Part shown: positions 40,000-53,872 of the stretch, in pieces
Position numbering within the stretch: position 1 is the stretch's first letter
Layout of the letters: every line of letters starts with the position of its first letter
Assembly (NCBI GenBank): GCA_002633005.1
Contig: NMRA01000396.1
Location: 179,199-243,198, forward strand
From: Phoronis australis
Lineage: Eukaryota > Animalia > Phoronida
Direction: 5' to 3'
Length of the DNA stretch: 64,000 nucleotides
The notes under the pieces: model-generated
The model's database searches: none
What the model was told of the DNA's origin: nothing
What the model saw: only the letters and a program-made list of their open reading frames with translations
Program-made: the position numbers and the translations under genes

Positions 40000-41180
40000 G
40001 AGCAGCATTGATGCTATATGTTGCTCTTCAGGGCAACTGGCTCAGTGCGTTGCAGAAGTCGTGACAGACAAGCATGAGTGGACTCCTCCAATGACAACTG
40101 CCAGCATGCATAGCAGCGGTTTACATGTACTAGAAGGGGCTGGTGAAGACAAATGAATTGAGAAGGTGTCACCTGACCATGATGCATTCAAAAGAACACA
40201 CCATTGCTGAAAAATGCTTCGCATTACATCAGGTACCCATTCTAGCTTTAGATAATGTTACACTACACCATTCTGTAATGCAACAGAAATTGATTATTTT
40301 ACCAAAATATCAGCAGCCATTTGCCAACCCAAGTTTAAAATGGTTTTGATTTTATGTTTTAGAACAACGGATGTGTTGGGAATTTTCAACCTGCTGATTC
40401 TTATGTACTCCGGCAAGCGGTTTGCTACTCTCCTGTCTTTGTGTACCGGCTCACCCGATATCATCTACCTTTCAATAATCACAGTAGGCCTGTCCTAGAA
40501 TACGAAGCTGGCAATGCAATGTAATTAATATAGCTGCTCCAAACATGCATTTTGGCAACTGGTGTGGCCCAAAAGTCGGTATTTAGCAGAGGTTTAACGC
40601 CAAATCGTAAGTGGCCATTATTGGGAAGGGCTAAAATGAGTGATAATTTAGGACTCTGATAAAATCTTAGAGACGAACACGAAATTGAGATGAGCAGACG
40701 TGGTGGGAAGGCCTTTTCTGCATGAACAGGCCATGTAACGTCCCATTATGTTCCTGAGGCTACATCAGTGCAGTTTTTGACAAAAAGCTCCTGCAATGCT
40801 TCCAAGAAGTTTGAATTTGGTTGTTCCTTGTATAGGAGATGATTAAAATAATCAATTACTGTGACATATGGATTAAAAATGTCCGAGTGTGCTCCATCAA
40901 GTCCTTTGTGGGAGTGAGTATTTCCATCCATGCAATGTTTCCTTCTCTTTATCAACAATTTATTCTTTGTGACATAATTATGAACACTAACATGTTTTAT
41001 TGTCCTCTGCCTCACTTTAGAACAAAGCGAAGGACACAGTATTCATGACCATCCGTCCAAACATATGCCGCATGATATCTGAAGAAGGGAGCTTTCACTT
41101 TTGTTTGTATTTGATGCTGAATTTCAGATGAGGCATCTCTAAGCGATTTTGAAAGCCTTGACTTTGAATTCACGGTCACA
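40000..41180 (-). pseudogene. Highly decayed hAT-like (ZMYM1-type) transposase remnant
   Basis: Minus strand near 41130-41015 reads EIQHQIQTKVKAPFF...WTDGHEYCVLRFV, resembling the first catalytic-Asp block (FFSI.ADETTD...EQ...VLRFV); multiple stops and frameshifts; boundaries uncertain. Confidence 0.35.
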
Positions 41181-42737
41181 TTTAGAAAATCAATATTTTA
41201 CTTCTAAAACGTTTGCGCACGCAATTGTGGGTGTTTGCAAAAGGTGTAGGTATTAGTCACATTTTGAAGGTCACAATTGGCATTTACATAGTCCTAAATA
41301 CCGCATCTAACCGACCAACCAACCGAGAGGTTACCTGTTGGCTAAGTTCACTGTACCATTTTCATTTCATTGACCTAATAGACGTATAACTAGATTTGTT
41401 ATTTTTTGTTCACAAAAGGTTGAGAGATAATTTCATTAAGATTGGTTTCAAAATCATGACCAATTAAAATTATGAAAACCTTGAAAATTATCACATCCTG
41501 ATACGCATGGCAATTACACAGCTTTGAATATTGGGTGGCCTTCCGTCCTGGGCGGCAGCCCTAGGTGCAGACCTTCATCTAGCGGGCAATCAGGGTGTTC
41601 AACTGGACGCCCCGTCAAAAATTTAGACAGGTAGGTCACCCTATTTAGCTTTTGGACACCCAAGTAAGGTGTACAGGTAATCGTTGGTGGTTTTTAGCGA
41701 ACAAGAGGCCTGGAAGCTAACTGTCATGTCCCAGTAAGAATGTTAGTTTTAAGAAATGATTTAAGATGGGATAAACTTTAATACAGACCTATGAGTCCAC
41801 AGTAACATTCCACACCATAACGTGGTTCACAGAAATAGTCCATCCAATGGTCATGGAGGCCCTCATTAAACTGATTTTGAACTCCCTATTCATTAAAGTG
41901 TGTATGAACTGCCTGCTAAATACTAATACATATATGTGGTCGGGAACAATTCAGCCACCCTGTGACAAATGCTGCTATGTGTATTGTTTTCTCTTCTCTA
42001 AATGTGTGAAACTCTAATCACTTAATTAACTGAATATATTATATTTTCATATTTTGAATAACGAGAGCGATGTTTTTCCAGTATTTGAAATCACTTCGAA
42101 ATAGTATCTAAAACACTGTAAAAGGTGCAGAGTGTACTAATTGCTTTTAGAGTTTCACATGATTCATTCTCTTTATGTTTCAGAGTAAATCAATGCTGCT
42201 GCGTTCATGTTAGTGACTGGCAATAACGTTGGAATGTTTGCTATTATTTCTAAGGAAGCAACTTAGCTTCAACAAGAACAGCAAATGGTTGTCTCTTCCG
42301 GTGAAGACTTCTAAGAGATATGACTGTATCAACGAGTTGACGATTGTGAAAACCCGGTTACAAGAGAATTCAAACACGCACTGCCTCCATGAACATTAAA
42401 GCAAAATGACTCCCGCTTGTTGTTGGACAACATTGCTGTCTTGCTGATATCAGTAGAAGCCAATGCGTCAAAAAAATGCCTGACGGAGGTTATTTAAGAT
42501 GATAAGACAACTGGGTGTATTCCAATCATGTGCCCTGGTTTGTTGCAGACCGTCATCCACAGTTTGCTTTATAATCATGATAATTCCAGTTATGCAGAAA
42601 ATATCATACTCAATCACGCCGTCGAACTTCTAACTCTGCCATGGGCAGTTTGTGTAGTGTGAATTTGGAAACCGTCAAGGATTTTAATTGTTCTGTTTTA
42701 AGAGAATTGCGTCTCTTTTGGTTTTGATTTCCTCTTA

Positions 42738-45700
42738 TAGTCTAGACGCATTTATGAAAATTGTGCATGCTAGAGGCATTTTTTAGTGAAAGTGGAGAAC
42801 CTATCTTTTTAGCATAATTATGGTGTGCTGATTTCGATTATGCCTGTTCCCAAGCTGGATTTTGAGTTTTTGACCATCTAATTTGCATAAACAAAATGGC
42901 CGCCATACCAACAAGATAAGAAACATTCGTGGGACCAGGAGTAAGATTTGTGACGAATAATTAGGAAATTTGTGCTACAAAAACATAATAGAAGTGTGTT
43001 TAGATCACTTAATTTTGAGAACATATTAATGAACGTCATTAAATTCCCCAAGTATGCTAATTAGCTTCCGCCATTACCGAAAAAAACAAATATCGGTGTA
43101 ACTTTATCAATTTACAGGCAAAGATGACAAATAAAATGTCTATACCTATGTTTTGAAGGTGTAGAAAAATTATTATGAAGCTTTTTATTTCATCTTCACT
43201 AAGTTACAATTTATGCTCATTAATAAACCCTGAAAATTTGCGAACATCTCGCTATTTACATAAGACATAAAAGTATTGTAAACATAACAACATGACTTTT
43301 AGATACTGTTGTAAAGAGATGCATGGCCATATCGTCCCATTTTGGACAGGAGCATATCGTCCTCACAGTCGACCAAGCACTCTGCTGCAGATTAATGGAG
43401 CTTGCGTGGTTGGTCCCAGAATACCAAAATATATTAATACAGTACCTCGTTTAGTGGTTCTTCATGTATCAGTGAACTTCATCAAGGCCACAGAAGATCA
43501 CACGAATAATTCCAGAATAGCTGAGGGGTGTATAGAGAGTGCAGTACTTGGTCACGACCTACGGAACTGGTCCTCAGTGGAAAGTCGTACAGCAAAGCTA
43601 CAGTATGAGGGCACAAAAACTGTCTTTGCAAGCTCTGTGGAATCTCCTGGTGCCAAGCCTTCTCTCATTCAATGTAGAAGCGACTGTCATGCTTGTATTT
43701 CCAGTATGTCTGCAGATGATGATCCACAGAAAATTCCGGAATTGATAACATTTCTCAGTCAGGATAAGTTCAGGAAACACCTGGGCATTTTGTCAACATT
43801 AGGTCTAATGATGTGAATTTCAGCTTCTGGTAGAGTTACAAGGACATGGTTGCAATACTGTTAAAGTACACCTGCTCTCAACGGGATGGCATTTTTGGAA
43901 CTGCATCTCTATTAATTTACTCTCATGCTGCCCCACCGAATTACAGTGTATGCCCGAGCAGGGTGCGGTCTTTTTAGTAGAGATGCATTAGCTTCCACAG
44001 TCTGTTTGGTCAGAGGTTCAAGCAGGGAATTTTGTAGTCAAGCGATCTCCTCATATGCTCTGTCAGGTAGATTCTGACCAATGGGTAAATGGGACAAGCA
44101 AAACGGAAGTGGCATCATCGGTAATACCAAAACCACGTCAGCTCTATGGAGGTGGACACTCTCATTACATCTAAGATATCATATAGCTGAACAAACTTAC
44201 CACTGTGGGAGTACATAGTTTCACAACGAAGCCACGAAAGCCAGGAAACTGTGCGAAAATAATGTCGAGAGTTTCCTTCTTTACACTTTCCATGAATTGA
44301 AGGTCTTCTCGTCCGCAAGACCTTAGCTGCTACAAACCCTTGCAACAAAAGACCTAGAGCAACAGCACCAATCCAACTTTTGCATACCACGGAACTTGGA
44401 CACAAACAAATTAAGAAAGTTGTTCAAGACAGATTATCATTGAGCAATGCGATAATTCAGACATGTCAATTCATGCACCTATGCGCAAAAATAATGCCCC
44501 AACATTTGCCAACTTATATGATGTGGTGAAACAAACCAAAGATAAAGATAAGCAAATAGTTCTTAAGGCAGACAGAGATGTACTTGGCTGTCTAGCTACA
44601 GCTTATGAGGCGGGTCTGCCAGTTGATTTGCCGTCTGTGCTCAAACGTGAGCTTCTTCCAGTCCATGTTGTCTTGCAGAAACGAGTCGATATCATAAAAT
44701 TGATATTGTATTTGACAGATACAGACAAGAAACAATGAAGGACACAACAAGAAAACAGCGCAGTAAAGGAACACTGCAAATCAGTTGATTTTTGGAAGGC
44801 CGTGATGTACCTCTTCCTCAAAACTGGTCAAATTTTGGCTGAGAATAAAGCAGACCTAGCACATTTCTTGTCAGAGGAACTGTGTTTGTAGACACCTGAA
44901 GATAAAGAGGGTTTTGGTTGCAGGAGGTTCAAAGATGAGCTGGAAGTCAAATCATCTAAGGAAATGACTGATTTGAGGACTCTGAAATTCACACATTTGA
45001 CGAAGCAGATGCAAAACTGGTACTGCATGCTGTCCACAGTCAGCCGTGTTTTCCAGGGACACCCGATGTTATACTGCTTCTTGTATCGCACTTCCAACAA
45101 ATGCAATGTGAGCGTATCTGACTGATGTCATATATACCTAATGAAGCACTTTTCAACAAACTACTACGAGACTAAGCAACATCCTTGTTTGCTTTTCATG
45201 CCGTCACCGGGTTTGGCACCAACTCATACTTTGCCAATCACATGAAACAATCATCATGGAAGGTGTTCCTAGAGCATCACAGACTGCTTAAGAACCTCTG
45301 CATTGGTGAACTCACTGAGAAAATTACGATGGCTTCAGAAGTATCTGAATGCAGAATATGCAACACGACCAGAACAGACCTGTAGATGTAGCACGCCCGT
45401 GAATCCAGAAGTCCTTCCCCCAACGCATAATGCCTGCCGTTTCCATCTGATGATAGTGCACTATCAGGTCAAGGTGTGGCAAAATGATCATTGTTCCATA
45501 CCTGAGCTCCCAGCACCCTCTGATATGGGAGGGACACACACACAAACTTATGCTTACAGCCCATGCTGATGACACAAAGTAAAATCCCAGATAGCTGCAT
45601 AGAGATGGTATTGTGTGCATGTCAGAAACAACGCAACAGTAGACAATGCAGATGCAAGAAATCTGGATTTCGATGTATATCATTATGCACATGCCAGCAG

Positions 45701-46450
45701 CACATTCATGATCAGATTCCTTGTATGCAAACAGTTTGATATGCCTGGCTTCAGACATGTTAAAAAGTACCAGGAACAGGCCTGAAAACAATTCATGCAA
45801 CAGAGAATCTAATGTCCTCAATAACAATAATAAATAGTTTTTTAAGAATGGAAGATAACGGGATAATGTGAACATTTGTATATTCCGTCAAAATAGTGTC
45901 ACCTTGCTTAACGAGCATTGCAGATTAACGACTATTTTTTCCACATTCTGTAAGTATACATCTATAACCCAATAAATATGAAATAAATTGCTCCAAAAAT
46001 GTCTCTAGCATGTTTGTTGACCATGAAAATATAAGTATTAACACCTCATTTTTCAAGTTAGTCTGCAGGAGTACAAACTTAAGACTCAAATTACATTGTG
46101 TGGTAATAGCGGCACCTAATTTGCATAATTAGTTTTTAGAAATGTATTTTTTAGTTTTCATAAGTGATCTATTGCTCAAGAAGTATTTATAAGAAGTGTA
46201 CAGGTGAGACTTTTCACCATTTTAAATGGTATATTTTGATTTCTATTACAAAAATACATCTGAACTTGACAATTTGGCCGCCATTTTGTTTATGCTAATT
46301 AGATGATCAAAAATGCAAAATTTGGCTTGGGAACAGAGTTAGTGGAATTCGCCATGCCTTGATTGTGTGAAAAAGTCTTGTTCCCAACGTTTACTAAAAA
46401 TGCTTCTAGAACCTTATACAGGGCTCTTTTCAGGAAATGCGTCTAGACTA
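42738..46450 (+). mobile_element. Academ DNA transposon, degenerate, in the intron of GPCR paralog 2
   Basis: TTA-TAGTCTAGACGCATTT ... AAATGCGTCTAGACTA-TTA (16 bp perfect TIR, 3 bp TSD, ~170 bp imperfect inverted extension). Remnants LKADRDVLGCLATAYEAG..VDL..VLKRELLPV, AFHAVTGFGTNSYF...SSWKVF, LPPT...FHL..VHYQ..VW and a Cys-rich tail. Confidence 0.88.
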
Positions 46451-48896
46451 TTATTAAAGTACTAATTTCCTCTTTATGTCTCTTTTGATCATTATTATGA
46501 CTTTACTCACGCAAAAATGTTTATTTCAAGTAAAGTTTTGAGAGTTGTCGATGATTACAGAGCATTAATTTGTTGCACAGAACTGGGAGGAAGTTGCTTT
46601 AAGAATCTTAGTAGGCCAAAATCTGGTTTGGTATCCGTCTGAGTAAGGTTTGTTTTTTGAAGTCTTTGTCCCTGGTGCAGCTGTGAAACATAATTTTGAA
46701 AAATTCAATCAATGACTGTTTTTTTGAAATTGGGGCTTGCTGGCTTACAAGTCTGGTGATCATGAACGTAATTAATTGAAGAATGTTCTACAATGTAGGT
46801 TCTTGTTGCAAGTGAAAATCCAAATGAACTTTTTATACTATACTTATAAACAAAAAGTTCACATTGGCACTTGTGTGTACATTTGTTGCTTTAGTTTTCT
46901 TAGAAACTGTATTTGTTGCCCACGCACATGCTGCTAAAACTGCGCCACATATATAATCTCCTTTGTGTATTAAATCACCGGTAGAATACCTTAGCCTAAA
47001 ACTTTTCAGAGGCTTATTTTCAATGAGCTTTAGATATTACAATTTACCTCAGTTTAAATCCTTTATCAACGGTATTCTGGGTTAAAAACATAAAGTTATT
47101 GGTAGCTGAATTTATTCTTCCCAAATGACCTCATTGGAGTCTTAACTTTTCTTTGCATTGGAAGCGGTTACAATAAATTGCCTCGGCAACTGAAATTAAC
47201 CTGCATTGTAAGCAGCTAAAATATCCAGGTCTGAATGAATGATGACCTGAGGCTTGGTAGGGGGCCTAGCTACTCAGTATTTACAGAAGTTGCCAGTTTA
47301 TTGCCTAACGCATGTAAATTTAAAAAATACGATACTCTTTGAATGAGATGTATATATTGATCTTTTATCAGAGTTTCTACATAAACAACGTGACGGGAAT
47401 AATGTGTATTTTTTAAAAACCTTTCAAAAATACCGAGTTATATTTTAGCCTGTTGATAGTTTTGAGGCAGTTGAATCACTATTTGTCTATAATCATATAA
47501 CCATCAAATCGAGAGAAGTATAGTAATTCTTTGCTTTGAACGTTATCCAACTTCTAAAAACATAAATTGCGGTTAACGTTATTTCTTCGAATTATTTGTA
47601 TTTACTGTCAATACACAGGATACCCTCAGATTTTTTGCTTTCAGTATAACATAGATATTAGCCAACAAAGAACTATTTTAAGTCATCGCTGCGTTTTATT
47701 TTGGATGATCCATACCTCCCGTTTTCAAAGCAAAAAATTCTGAGACGTACTATTTTACCAATGGAGCATAAAATAACGGAGCAAATTTTCAGGCTAATTG
47801 CCACAATAACACTACTCATACTTCAAAAATGGCTGATAAAGAATTCGTTTGCACTTAAAATCTATTTAAGTCTTTTTATCTCATGCAATTCACACATTTG
47901 ACGCCTGAATAATGCATTTATGAAATGTTGAGTAGCAAATAGGAAATATAGACAACACGGTATGTTAGTAATAAATTTTGGGGGAAATGTCAACAGAAGT
48001 TGAGTCAACTTTATAGCCACTGGTTCAATGCTGAAAGGCTTGGGATAAGTTATCTGACACTCATGGTTTTGATGAGTCAATATAAAGTTGTGGCGAAGAC
48101 CTCCCACATCGAATCACAGATTTATTGGTTGACAATGCAATCTTAGCAATAAGAGTAAAATGCTATCATCTCAAAGGCAAAGTAACAATATTGTGCACAA
48201 GCAGGTTTCAATGCTCAGCTACGATTGTGTAGACTGTATGTCCCAATGAGTCACTAAATATTTTGTCCAAACACAACTGAGCAACTCTGTCCTCATGTTT
48301 CCCTAGATGTCCATGTTTCCACAAGATAAATTTTCTGTATGTCCGATGTCAATTAGGCGCATTCTGATCAGTCTCTGGCTTCAGTTTCCCCCGTTTTGTT
48401 GCAGTTTGTCTCAGGCAAGTAAACTTTCTTCCAGGCAAAACACTTGGAAATCCTGAAAGCATTGTTAAAATATGTTTTCATGCTGTTTCGGCATTATTGT
48501 AGATTTGATGAGCAATTGAGTAATAACAATTGTCTCTTGTAAATGAATAACAATCAACTGGTTGATGGGGGTTGACATCCTATTTTAGAAACCAAATTAT
48601 ATAGAAATATGTTCATTATTGTAGACTATGAATTCACCAACACTTTTGTAAATTGACATATGGTTGGTTTTGGATGTGATTTTCCACTGAGATTTGAGGT
48701 GATTTCTTGGCGAAATAATTGTTTTTTCTTCAAAAATTGATTTGAATTATATGGCTGTACATCTATTTGAACCAACTGAAGACTACAAACTAAATTAGCT
48801 ATATGAGTCTTTGTTCCCTGAAAGCATCTCTCACTAAAATTGCATGCAGCCTAGACCATCGGACATTCAACTCATCGTAAAAAATACCTCAATTGG

Positions 48897-48919
48897 ACAC
48901 ACACACACAGACACACACA

Positions 48920-48952
<33 letters not shown>
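48897..48952. repeat. (CA)n microsatellite
   Basis: Directly visible, with two interruptions. Confidence 0.97.
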
Positions 48953-48956
<4 letters not shown>

Positions 48957-51629
48957 CCCACGGCCACACTCACATATAGCTAGAAGTGCCCGATACTTGA
49001 AGAACAGAGGATTTCACCTTATGAATGGCGAGGAATCTGTTTCCCAGGACTGCGTGGAGTTTGGTTGGCGTTTAATATGGCATGGGTATGGGGATGTGTA
49101 CAGTACGTGAGTTTTGTATCTACTGGTTTAGAATTGGGGTTTGGAGAATAGAAGCTTAATTTAGAGATGCAGCCATGGAATCGTTTTTATCCCCTGCCCT
49201 AAGTCCAGTACCCTATATAGTCTTTATTGCACACCCAGGGACGGATATTGGATATCACAATGTCACGTAGGAAAATTGTTTCTCGAAAGCAACTGATATC
49301 GTGCATCTACGAGTTGTACATAAGATCCCAGAAGAGCAAACGTTAACAACCAAGCTGGACGAAGTCATGAATCACTAAGACTCGATTGCAAGTTTGAAAT
49401 TGAACACAACACGCAAGGCTATATAGTTTATAGACAAATACACGGCTACGTCGACTTCGAATGACTCGGAGAAAGACAGAAATTGTCGAGAGAACTGATG
49501 TTCAGAACAAATCAATCTAGTTGTTTACGAGTAAGAATCAATATGCGATTTCCAAATGTTTGTAAGTTTAGTTTCCTTGGTTAGCTGACAACAAGTCCCA
49601 AAACACCTAACTCACCTCGATCGCTTGTGCAAGACATGTTTCTCTTCCGTCAGCTGGTTCGTGTGCATTATGGGTAATCTCTCCCCTGGCAGCGCCGCGT
49701 AAATTGTAAGGTTTGGTTGAAGATCCGCCCACTTTTTATCAATTAAAATTAATAGTAAAGTATCGGAAGTATGTACTTGGCTGTAATTTACGAAAGGTGT
49801 TAATTTTAGTGATATATTTCGATTGGCAAAGCTCAATTTGTGATCTAAGCAGGTGAAAGTAAAGGAAATAGTGACTTTAAAAGCAGTTTTTTTAAGAGTT
49901 CGCTCGGGACATCTTTTGCGTACAGCATCGATATGGCAGTTACCGGAGTGGCGGGACTGAAATGTTGAAATATAGGATGCAATTCTTTTTCGGTTCTATT
50001 AGCAAAAGTTTCTTGTTGCCACGCGAGTGTCTAACGTTTATCGGTTGCGCCCTTGGCAAGCAAAACTTTTTCGAAATCTGCACTATACTCCACCCGAAGC
50101 AGAACTTCCTTGTTAGTTAACTTGCTTCAACAACTTACAAATACTCTTAGGATGATTGGAAAAATGCGGTGGGGGGTTCTTATAACCATAGAGGAGGCAC
50201 AGAACAGTTCTCACTGGGTTTTGCCTAGCAAAACACACATCACTTGATTTGTAACCTTTTCTTCACTCTGTCAAAAACAGGATGCATAGAATGGCATGTT
50301 TTCAATTATTTCACATAAAAAGCCCAGCAGATGAGCACAGAAACTTTATTCTTTCTTGTATTTTTGACCATTTCATTCCCACTGACAACCAAGCTAGACT
50401 AAGAAAAATAAGGGCAAAAAAATGCAAAATCGGCACTTTTCACCCGAAAAACACCACTTCCCTGCCGATGCACGACTAAAACCAAACTTAGAGTCTGAAA
50501 GCAAATTTCCTACCGATTCAGAAAATGTGGTCCAAAAGTACTGTCAACCAACTAGTTTTTTGGCAATTCTTGCTTGTTTGAGGGCTACCTAAAATCACAG
50601 CCAATTTCTCGGTCGCTACCCAACAATGCACAATTGCAGCTGGGGGCCGCCATCTTGAAGAAGAGTGCAGCTACAGCCAAGAAAGTGGCCTTTTTTTATT
50701 CACAGCATGTTCACAAATACAAACAAACCACATTCACTGAGCCTACGTGCAATGCCCACCTACAAAATGCCCCCAAACTTGACCTACCCCAAAATTTCTG
50801 TATTTAGGGGTGCAAATTGGCCGCGGCCGCAGCCTAACTATTCAGTGCCACCAGAGCTAACGTGGCTATGCTAAAATATCATGGCCGATGATGCGTAAGC
50901 ATGCAATTACAAGGCCTAACCATGCAGTTGTCCTTGGAAACCGAGTCAAAGGGTAGACCACAGCGTAGATCATTTTGTACACCACGTGAAATATTTTAGT
51001 GAATATAGCACAACAACGCAGCACTATGAGAAACATAACGATTTTCAATGGATAAACATTTTATCTCAAGAACACGTTTAGAGATTTAATACATTATTTC
51101 TTTAAAGCTTTTTGCAGCTTTTCATTTTCTCCTAAAAGGGTGAAAATCCTTATTCGTAGGCCTCATGCAAAAGTGAAGAATGATGAAAACTTTTCCGAAA
51201 TCATTTTGGAAATGGTGTAGAAAGCATAGTATGGGAAAGTTCCATTTACAATCCATGAGTCATTTCCGAGAGATGACATTCCAAGGATAGCCACATTTGG
51301 ACATTTTCCTCAGGTCTAGTATCCCAAAATCATTGCATTGCACAATGGATAACTTCATGTTTCACGTGACCGTTAAAGAGTACCTACCTGGACCCTGTGT
51401 CTCAAAACGAATTTCAATAGTACATATTTTGGCAACAAGGATAATACAGGCTATCAAACATCTTAGGTTAATAGCCTGTAGTATCCTTGTTGCCAAAAAA
51501 CAGCTAAAATGAAAAAAATAATTTCTTTGTTAGGACTGTACGTAATGGGTGGTCCTTCTAGGCCATTGTTGTTTTTAAAAGCGCGATGCAGAGGAATTAT
51601 GAGTAAAGTCCGTGGAGAGCCGCCCTTTT

Positions 51630-51760
51630 CAGTCGTGAAAATATGCATTTGTATGGAGGCTGTAGTAAGAGCAACTTGACTGAGAACGTTTCTGTATTCA
51701 AACTACCTAAATACGTGAACGTTAGATGGAAATGGCATCGTTTTGTGCTCCTTATGAGAG
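51630..51760 (+). pseudogene. THAP zinc-finger remnant (transposon derived)
   Basis: KIC(frameshift)YGGCSKSNLTENVSVFKLPKYVNVRWKWHRFV fits the THAP C..C / F.P / W pattern; the CxxHF end is missing. Confidence 0.6.
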
Positions 51761-53817
51761 TGTGTTATGTCATCGTGGAACATATGAGTTTAAGTCAGGA
51801 GCCACATTTTGTTCCACACATATCAAGGAATCGTGTTTCAACCAAACACAAAAGCGGCGTTACTATGAAGGACTGGCAACATGGTAAGTATATTTACAAA
51901 TTGTATATAACAAACTGATTTCAGTCGAGGGCGAGTGATGTCAGGCCTTTGACCCCCGGACCTGGCTCAGAAGAGCAACCACGAAGGCTTTTGCCATGTG
52001 TTTAGAAGGTGTTCATTTCCTTATGACAACATTGAATACGAATGACCAATGCTTACTGCGTTTTTTGTCAGTGATACTAAATTGTCTGTTTTGTGAATAT
52101 TGGCCACCCCTCAGTCCAGTTGGTAGTGCATCACACATTTTTGTGGCATTTCTCGTGCAAGTAGGTCGAGCTCATACGGGCTCAAAGCCGACGAAAGGTC
52201 GCCAAATGCAAAGTCGATTTCATTCTCTCTTTCATTAAGTACTTGAATGATGCCTGTTTCCATCCCCGTCTCTGTCTACATAATAATTGTCCACCACTCC
52301 CTCAAAATCGTACTAGTCGTCTGATCTCCTGTGATCCGCCATTGCAATTGATTGTCAAGTGACCAAACGTGTTCCACCCATTACATCATTTGGCGAAAAC
52401 CTTGAAATAACTAACTTCTCTCCAAAATTGAAGGAAACTCTACTATTTGGCTCAAGAAGGGATTATTTAGCTATATTTTAAGGTTATCGCTTTATGTTAG
52501 CAAACGAAACCTCAAAAGTTGTGAAAATTTAAGATTGGAACTCTTTTAAAACCAACATAAACTCGTCTTCCATCCCAAATAAGGTTTTGGCTTAGGCCAC
52601 ATGTCTACATGCTCGCAAATCGACATTTATTTCAATTGGAGAATATTACTTACGGGTTCATTATTTCTATAAATTAGTTAATTGCCACAGTGTGTCATTT
52701 TATGAGCTGAGCAAGATACCAAGAACACCCAGCAGTCTCAAATTGTCTCTGGGAGGTTTCCATATCTGCGTACTTTAATCATCAACAAACTCTCCAAAAT
52801 GCATGGGCGGCGCATCATTGAGAAAGTGGGGCTATAGCCCCCCGGAAACCCTATGGTGCACCACATAAAGACCATGGCTATACCCCCCCCCCCAGCGCCC
52901 CATGAAATGGAGACTGTTGAATTAACCGAGATATCACCCGAAGATATTGCACGCTGGTGGAACAGTGGAGTCGTCGTGCATCGTTTATATTGGAGATACA
53001 ATACCTTCACATGCTTGCTCTTTAGAGCTGTTACAACTCAAGGACAAGTCGTCTGTCGTTGGTGTTACAGATCCGAGAAATTGTTGCGCATCTGAAAAGA
53101 TATTACAAGCGAGCGTGACCTCTTCCCCTATGTGCAGTCCACATAGTCTAATTTGTCGACGAAAACAACAGTAAAAGGTGGTGTTACTGGTTTTTTCAAT
53201 AGTTTTTATTTGCAAAAAATCCGCCATTCAAAACTCTCGACTACCTGAAAGATTTCACTGTAGGTGCTTTAACGTTTCAGAAAAACTTTCGTATTTTTAC
53301 AACAACACGTGGTTAAGACATTGCGTAAAGAAGATATCACGTTTGCGAGCTGGTGACTCCTAATAGCCTACAATATGTGATGTAGGTGTTTAATGCAGTG
53401 GGTATCAATGAAACGAAAGTGAGCGCACGTGAACCTGGTTTACTTGATAACCGAAAACCGTCATTCAGTCGACAAATTAATCCAACATCGTGAGCGTGAA
53501 TGCTATTAGACTTGATGCAGAATGGATGACCACCGGGAGCAACAAACACTCATTGTGATACGTGACATTCGAAAACACGGCGTTGGCAATTGTATCAGTC
53601 GATAATTTCGCGTGACCTGACCCCTACACTTTTCGTTGTTTCACCAATTATACCAGTGTATACTTGCTAAGGACATTAAATGACATCAGCTAGTTTTAAC
53701 ATTGACCTGACGATTAGGGATAAACTTACAAGCACACATAATTGCTTCATAACGCTATTTGGTTGTTACAAAAATGTACTGCCAATGTCGGACCTAAACA
53801 TATGTTAAGACACTAAC

Positions 53818-53872
53818 CAATAACACGGAATGCCACGATTGACAGCACTGTTGAAAGCAGCAAATTTCCCAT
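53818..53872 (-). CDS. GPCR paralog 2, first coding exon (signal peptide MGNLLLSTVLSIVAFRVI + G); whole exon 53818-53910
   Basis: ATG at 53872, 18 codons + 1 nt, donor G|gttagt, acceptor ttttcag|GG at 53912-53911. Homologous to 13350-13461; phase-1 join is in frame with 39149. Confidence 0.88.

Noticed and set aside
52738-53227. Overlapping 75-90 aa ORFs as a gene
   Set aside because: No recognisable domain or convincing splice structure; intronic and TE-rich context.
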